In this document: in pieces, positions 61,090 through 64,000 of the stretch
Layout: each line of letters begins with the position of its first letter
Numbering within the stretch: position 1 is the stretch's first letter
Position numbers and translations under genes: made by a program
NCBI GenBank assembly: GCA_963707915.1
Contig: OY970178.1
Location: 1,984,001-2,048,000, forward strand
Length of the DNA stretch: 64,000 bases
Origin: Candidatus Eiseniibacteriota bacterium
GTDB taxonomy: Bacteria > Eisenbacteria > RBG-16-71-46
Direction of reading: 5' to 3'
The notes under the pieces: model-generated
The model's database searches: none
What the model saw: only the letters and a program-made list of their open reading frames with translations
Told to the model about the DNA's origin: nothing

Positions 61090-61978
61090 GGAGCATCCCC
61101 CCCTCGGGCGGCATCGGCACGTACTGGTCCCCGAGCGCTTCCCGGTAGTGTGCATCCCTCGCCTCGAGGAACGTGGGCCGTTCCACGTCGACGAACTTCC
61201 CGCAGATGATCCTGCTCTGGAAGTCGAGATCCAGTTCGCGGGTGTCGGCCTTGTTCTTGATCTCGAAGTTGTCGCGGTAGTAGGTCATCAGGTCCAGGCC
61301 GGTCCCGAGCTTGTTGAGCCGCGCGTAGAGCGTCGAACAGGGCGCGATCACCTCGATGAAGCGGAAGCCCTTGCGCTTCAGGGCCTCGGTGAAGGTCCGG
61401 GTCATCTGGGCGGTGTGCATGCTGGTCCAGCGCGCGACGTACGTGGCCCCGCAGGTGGCCGCCAGGTGCGGGAGGTTGAACGGGCGCTCGAAGTTGCCGA
61501 GCGGCATGGTCGAGGAGCGCGCGGTGAGCGGCGTGGTGGGCGCGTTCTGCCCGCCGGTCATGCCGTAGATGAAGTTGTTCACCAGGATCACCAGCAGGTC
61601 CATGTTGCGCCGGGCCGCGTGGATGAAGTGGTTGCCGCCGATTCCGATCAGGTCACCGTCGCCGGAGAAGACGGTGACGTTCAACTCGGGCCGTCCCAGC
61701 TTGAGCCCGGTCGCGAAGGGCAGGGCGCGGCCGTGCGTCGAGTGGAAGCTGTCCATCTTCACGTAGCCGGCGACGCGGCCGGTGCAGCCGATGCCGGAGA
61801 CCACGCTCACCTTGTCGAGGTCGAGCTTCGAGCGGCCCAGCGCGGTCCCGTAGCACTTCAGCACCGTGCCGATGCCGCAGGTCGGGCACCAGATGTGCGG
61901 CATCCGGTCCATGCGGATGTAGGGCGTGATCGGGTGTTCGGGCGTCTCGATCTTGTCCAGCCGGATCAGCGGGCTCAT
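61076..61978 (-). CDS. korB: 2-oxoacid:ferredoxin oxidoreductase beta subunit (second copy)
   Basis: ATG 61978; WCPTCG, SGIGC, HSTHGRA, GDGD..GIGGNH, NNFIYGMTGGQ. Confidence 0.94.
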   Translation of the reverse strand: MSPLIRLDKIETPEHPITPYIRMDRMPHIWCPTCGIGTVLKCYGTALGRSKLDLDKVSVVSGIGCTGRVAGYVKMDSFHSTHGRALPFATGLKLGRPELNVTVFSGDGDLIGIGGNHFIHAARRNMDLLVILVNNFIYGMTGGQNAPTTPLTARSSTMPLGNFERPFNLPHLAATCGATYVARWTSMHTAQMTRTFTEALKRKGFRFIEVIAPCSTLYARLNKLGTGLDLMTYYRDNFEIKNKADTRELDLDFQSRIICGKFVDVERPTFLEARDAHYREALGDQYVPMPPEGGMLHGQD

Positions 61979-63174
61979 CGCGCGGCTCCCAGGATGGCCC
62001 GGCAGACCGTCTCGGGATCGTGGACCCCGCCGCCGGCGTGCGGGACCCCGATGGTGGCGGCCTGGCCGCCGGCGCAACGCTCCACCTCCAGCGACATCTG
62101 CCCGAAGTTGATCTCCGGGACCACGAAGGCCTTGATCCCCCGGGCCAGCTCGCGGATGCGCGCCTCCGGGAACGGCCAGCACACCACCAGCCGCAGCGTG
62201 CCCACCTTCGCCCCCTGCTGGCGCGCCATCTCGACCCCCAGCTGGGCGACCCGCGAGGTGATGCCGTAGCTCACCACCACCACGTCGGCCCCGGCGGTCT
62301 GCTCCTCCTCGATGCGGATGATCTTGTCCGCGTTCTTCCTGAGCTTGTCCACCAGCCGCCGCACCAGGACCTCCTGGGTTTCCACGGTCATGGCCGGGTA
62401 GCCGCGCTCGTCGTGCGTGAGGCCGGTGGTGTGGAAGCGGTAGCCGTCGCCGGCGCGGATCATCTCGGGCACCAGGCTCTCGTCGGCGCGGTAGGGCCGG
62501 TACTCGGCCGGGCTGAGCTTCGTCAGCCGCCGCGGCACGACCTCGATCTGGTCGGCCGGCGGGATGACGACCTTCTCGGTCATGTGGCCGACGCACTCGT
62601 CCATCATCATCAGCACCGGCACGCGATAGAGCTCGGAGAGATTGAAGGCGTCGATGGTCAGGTCGAAGGCCTCCTGCGGCGAGCGCGGGCTGAGCGCGAT
62701 CACGCCGTAGTCCCCGTGCGAGCCCCAGCGGGCCTGCATCATGTCGCCCTGCCCCACCATGGTGGGCAGTCCGGTCGAGGGCCCGGCGCGCTGCACGTCC
62801 ACCACCACGACCGGGGTCTCCATCATCGCGGCCAGGCCGATGTTCTCCATCATCAGGCTGAAGCCGGGGCCGCTGGTCACGGTCATGCACTTCGTGCCGG
62901 TCCACGAGCCGCCGACCACCGCGGCCATGCTGGCCAGCTCATCCTCCATCTGGATGAAGATGCCGCCCACCGTGGGGAAGCGGCGGCCGATGCGCTCGAC
63001 GATCTCGGTGGAGGGCGTGATCGGGTAGCCGGCCACGAAGCGGCAACCGGCGGCCATGGCGCCCTCGCCGCAGGCGAAGTCACCGTCCAGGTAGTGCGTG
63101 CCGGCGAGAACACCGCGAGGGTCGGCCTTCACCGGGCGGACCCCGGAGGCCTCGAGGTAGTGCGGACGCGTCAC
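61975..63174 (-). CDS. korA: 2-oxoacid:ferredoxin oxidoreductase alpha subunit (second copy)
   Basis: GTG 63174; AGYPITPSTE, QMEDELAS, TSGPGFSLM, QRAGPSTGLPT. Confidence 0.94.
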   Translation of the reverse strand: MTRPHYLEASGVRPVKADPRGVLAGTHYLDGDFACGEGAMAAGCRFVAGYPITPSTEIVERIGRRFPTVGGIFIQMEDELASMAAVVGGSWTGTKCMTVTSGPGFSLMMENIGLAAMMETPVVVVDVQRAGPSTGLPTMVGQGDMMQARWGSHGDYGVIALSPRSPQEAFDLTIDAFNLSELYRVPVLMMMDECVGHMTEKVVIPPADQIEVVPRRLTKLSPAEYRPYRADESLVPEMIRAGDGYRFHTTGLTHDERGYPAMTVETQEVLVRRLVDKLRKNADKIIRIEEEQTAGADVVVVSYGITSRVAQLGVEMARQQGAKVGTLRLVVCWPFPEARIRELARGIKAFVVPEINFGQMSLEVERCAGGQAATIGVPHAGGGVHDPETVCRAILGAAR

Positions 63175-63488
63175 TTGGCCACCCCCTTCCCGTCTTCCGG
63201 GTCGGGCTCGGGCGCGCCGATGGTGAAGATGGCGAAGTCGGGGCAGATCATCTCGCACATCGCGCAGTTGGTGCAGCTGTCGGGATTGACGACCCTGGGC
63301 GGGTGGTAGCCCTTCCGGTTGAACTTCTCCGAGGACACGAGGACGTGCCGGGGGCAGAACTCGACACAGAAGCCACAGCCCTTGCACCAGTCCGCGATGA
63401 TGCACAACTCACCGTCCGGCACCGGGACGCGTTCGGCCTCCGGCACCTTGCCCTGGGGTACGTGTTCGATCCCCTCGATCGGCTTCAT
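63171..63488 (-). CDS. korD: 2-oxoacid:ferredoxin oxidoreductase delta subunit (second copy)
   Basis: ATG 63488 with GGAGGGAG RBS; CKGCGFCVEFCP, NRKGYHPP, CTNCAMCEMICPDFAI. Confidence 0.9.
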   Translation of the reverse strand: MKPIEGIEHVPQGKVPEAERVPVPDGELCIIADWCKGCGFCVEFCPRHVLVSSEKFNRKGYHPPRVVNPDSCTNCAMCEMICPDFAIFTIGAPEPDPEDGKGVAK

Positions 63489-63839
63489 CCACTCCCTCCG
63501 CGATCCACTCTTCCCGTCGGCTCCGGCTCCAGGGCGGCCGCCCGGCAGCAGGGACTGACGGCGTCTCAGCCATTCGGACGATGCAAAATACAGGCCCCTC
63601 CCGGGTGTGGGTCCCGGGGCCTGTAGTCCATTGGATGCGGAGATTCCAACGGGTTGCAGAAAGAACTCTTGGGACGATGATCGAACCGGCCGCGGCGGCG
63701 ACTGCCGAGGTCGCTGCGCCGGGGGACGGGGCTGCCATGCGCCACCCCGGGGCTGTGACATGGCAGGCGGGCCGGGCGGCCCGGGACGGGCCGGTTCGGG
63801 GGCCTTGCGGGCCACCCGGGGCCCGGCGGCCCCGTGCCG

Positions 63840-64000
63840 TCACGCGCGCGCCAGGGCCTCGACGGCCTCCGCGACCTTCACGCAGAACGCCCGGTAGTCG
63901 TTCCGCTCGGCGAACGCCCGGCCGCGTCGCCCCATCTCCGGGGTCACCGCGGCGAGGGCCACCCGCCACCCGGCCACGTCCCCCGGCGGCACGGACAGGC
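63840..64000 (-). CDS. C-terminus of a probable GT4 glycosyltransferase (truncated by the window edge)
   Basis: Manual translation LSVPPGDVAGWRVAL...EMGRRGRAFAERNDY...*, typical of a GT-B/GT4 C-terminus. Confidence 0.6.
   Translation of the reverse strand, partial: LSVPPGDVAGWRVALAAVTPEMGRRGRAFAERNDYRAFCVKVAEAVEALARA

Overview
64 kb of very GC-rich bacterial chromosome with no phage, IS, integrase or CRISPR array that I can support. A PorV-like protein, several secreted proteins with T9SS-type C-terminal domains, LpxH and the high GC are consistent with an FCB-related diderm such as Ca. Eisenbacteria (inference). Housekeeping content: htrA, lpxH, ppx, rlmN, an NtrY/NtrX-like two-component system, an ECF sigma/anti-sigma cassette, eno-ftsB, tRNA-fMet, hsp20-lon, ldh and an RND pump. 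Two loci stand out. (1) 2.9-11.3 kb, minus strand: a small secreted proprotein, a TPR-GAF-AAA+ sigma54 activator, a sigma54-like promoter followed by a strongly structured candidate ncRNA, and a perfect sigma54 promoter ahead of an FN3/HmuY-like lipoprotein, two proteins sharing a YxCxDCH...DPYYxxC motif and a PorV-like gene. This may be a peptide-signalling sigma54 circuit. (2) 39.0-48.8 kb: an operon in which the four subunits of a 2-oxoacid:ferredoxin oxidoreductase are split around hdrA-flxCD-flxB-flxA and followed by an HdrC/GlpC-type fusion instead of hdrBC, a candidate new flavin-based electron-bifurcating assembly. A second, conventional korDABC operon lies at 60.5-63.5 kb. Also seen: a frameshifted zincin gene, a decayed gene duplicate, and a perfect 31-bp inverted repeat. 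All family calls come from motif recognition by eye; no database searches were run.
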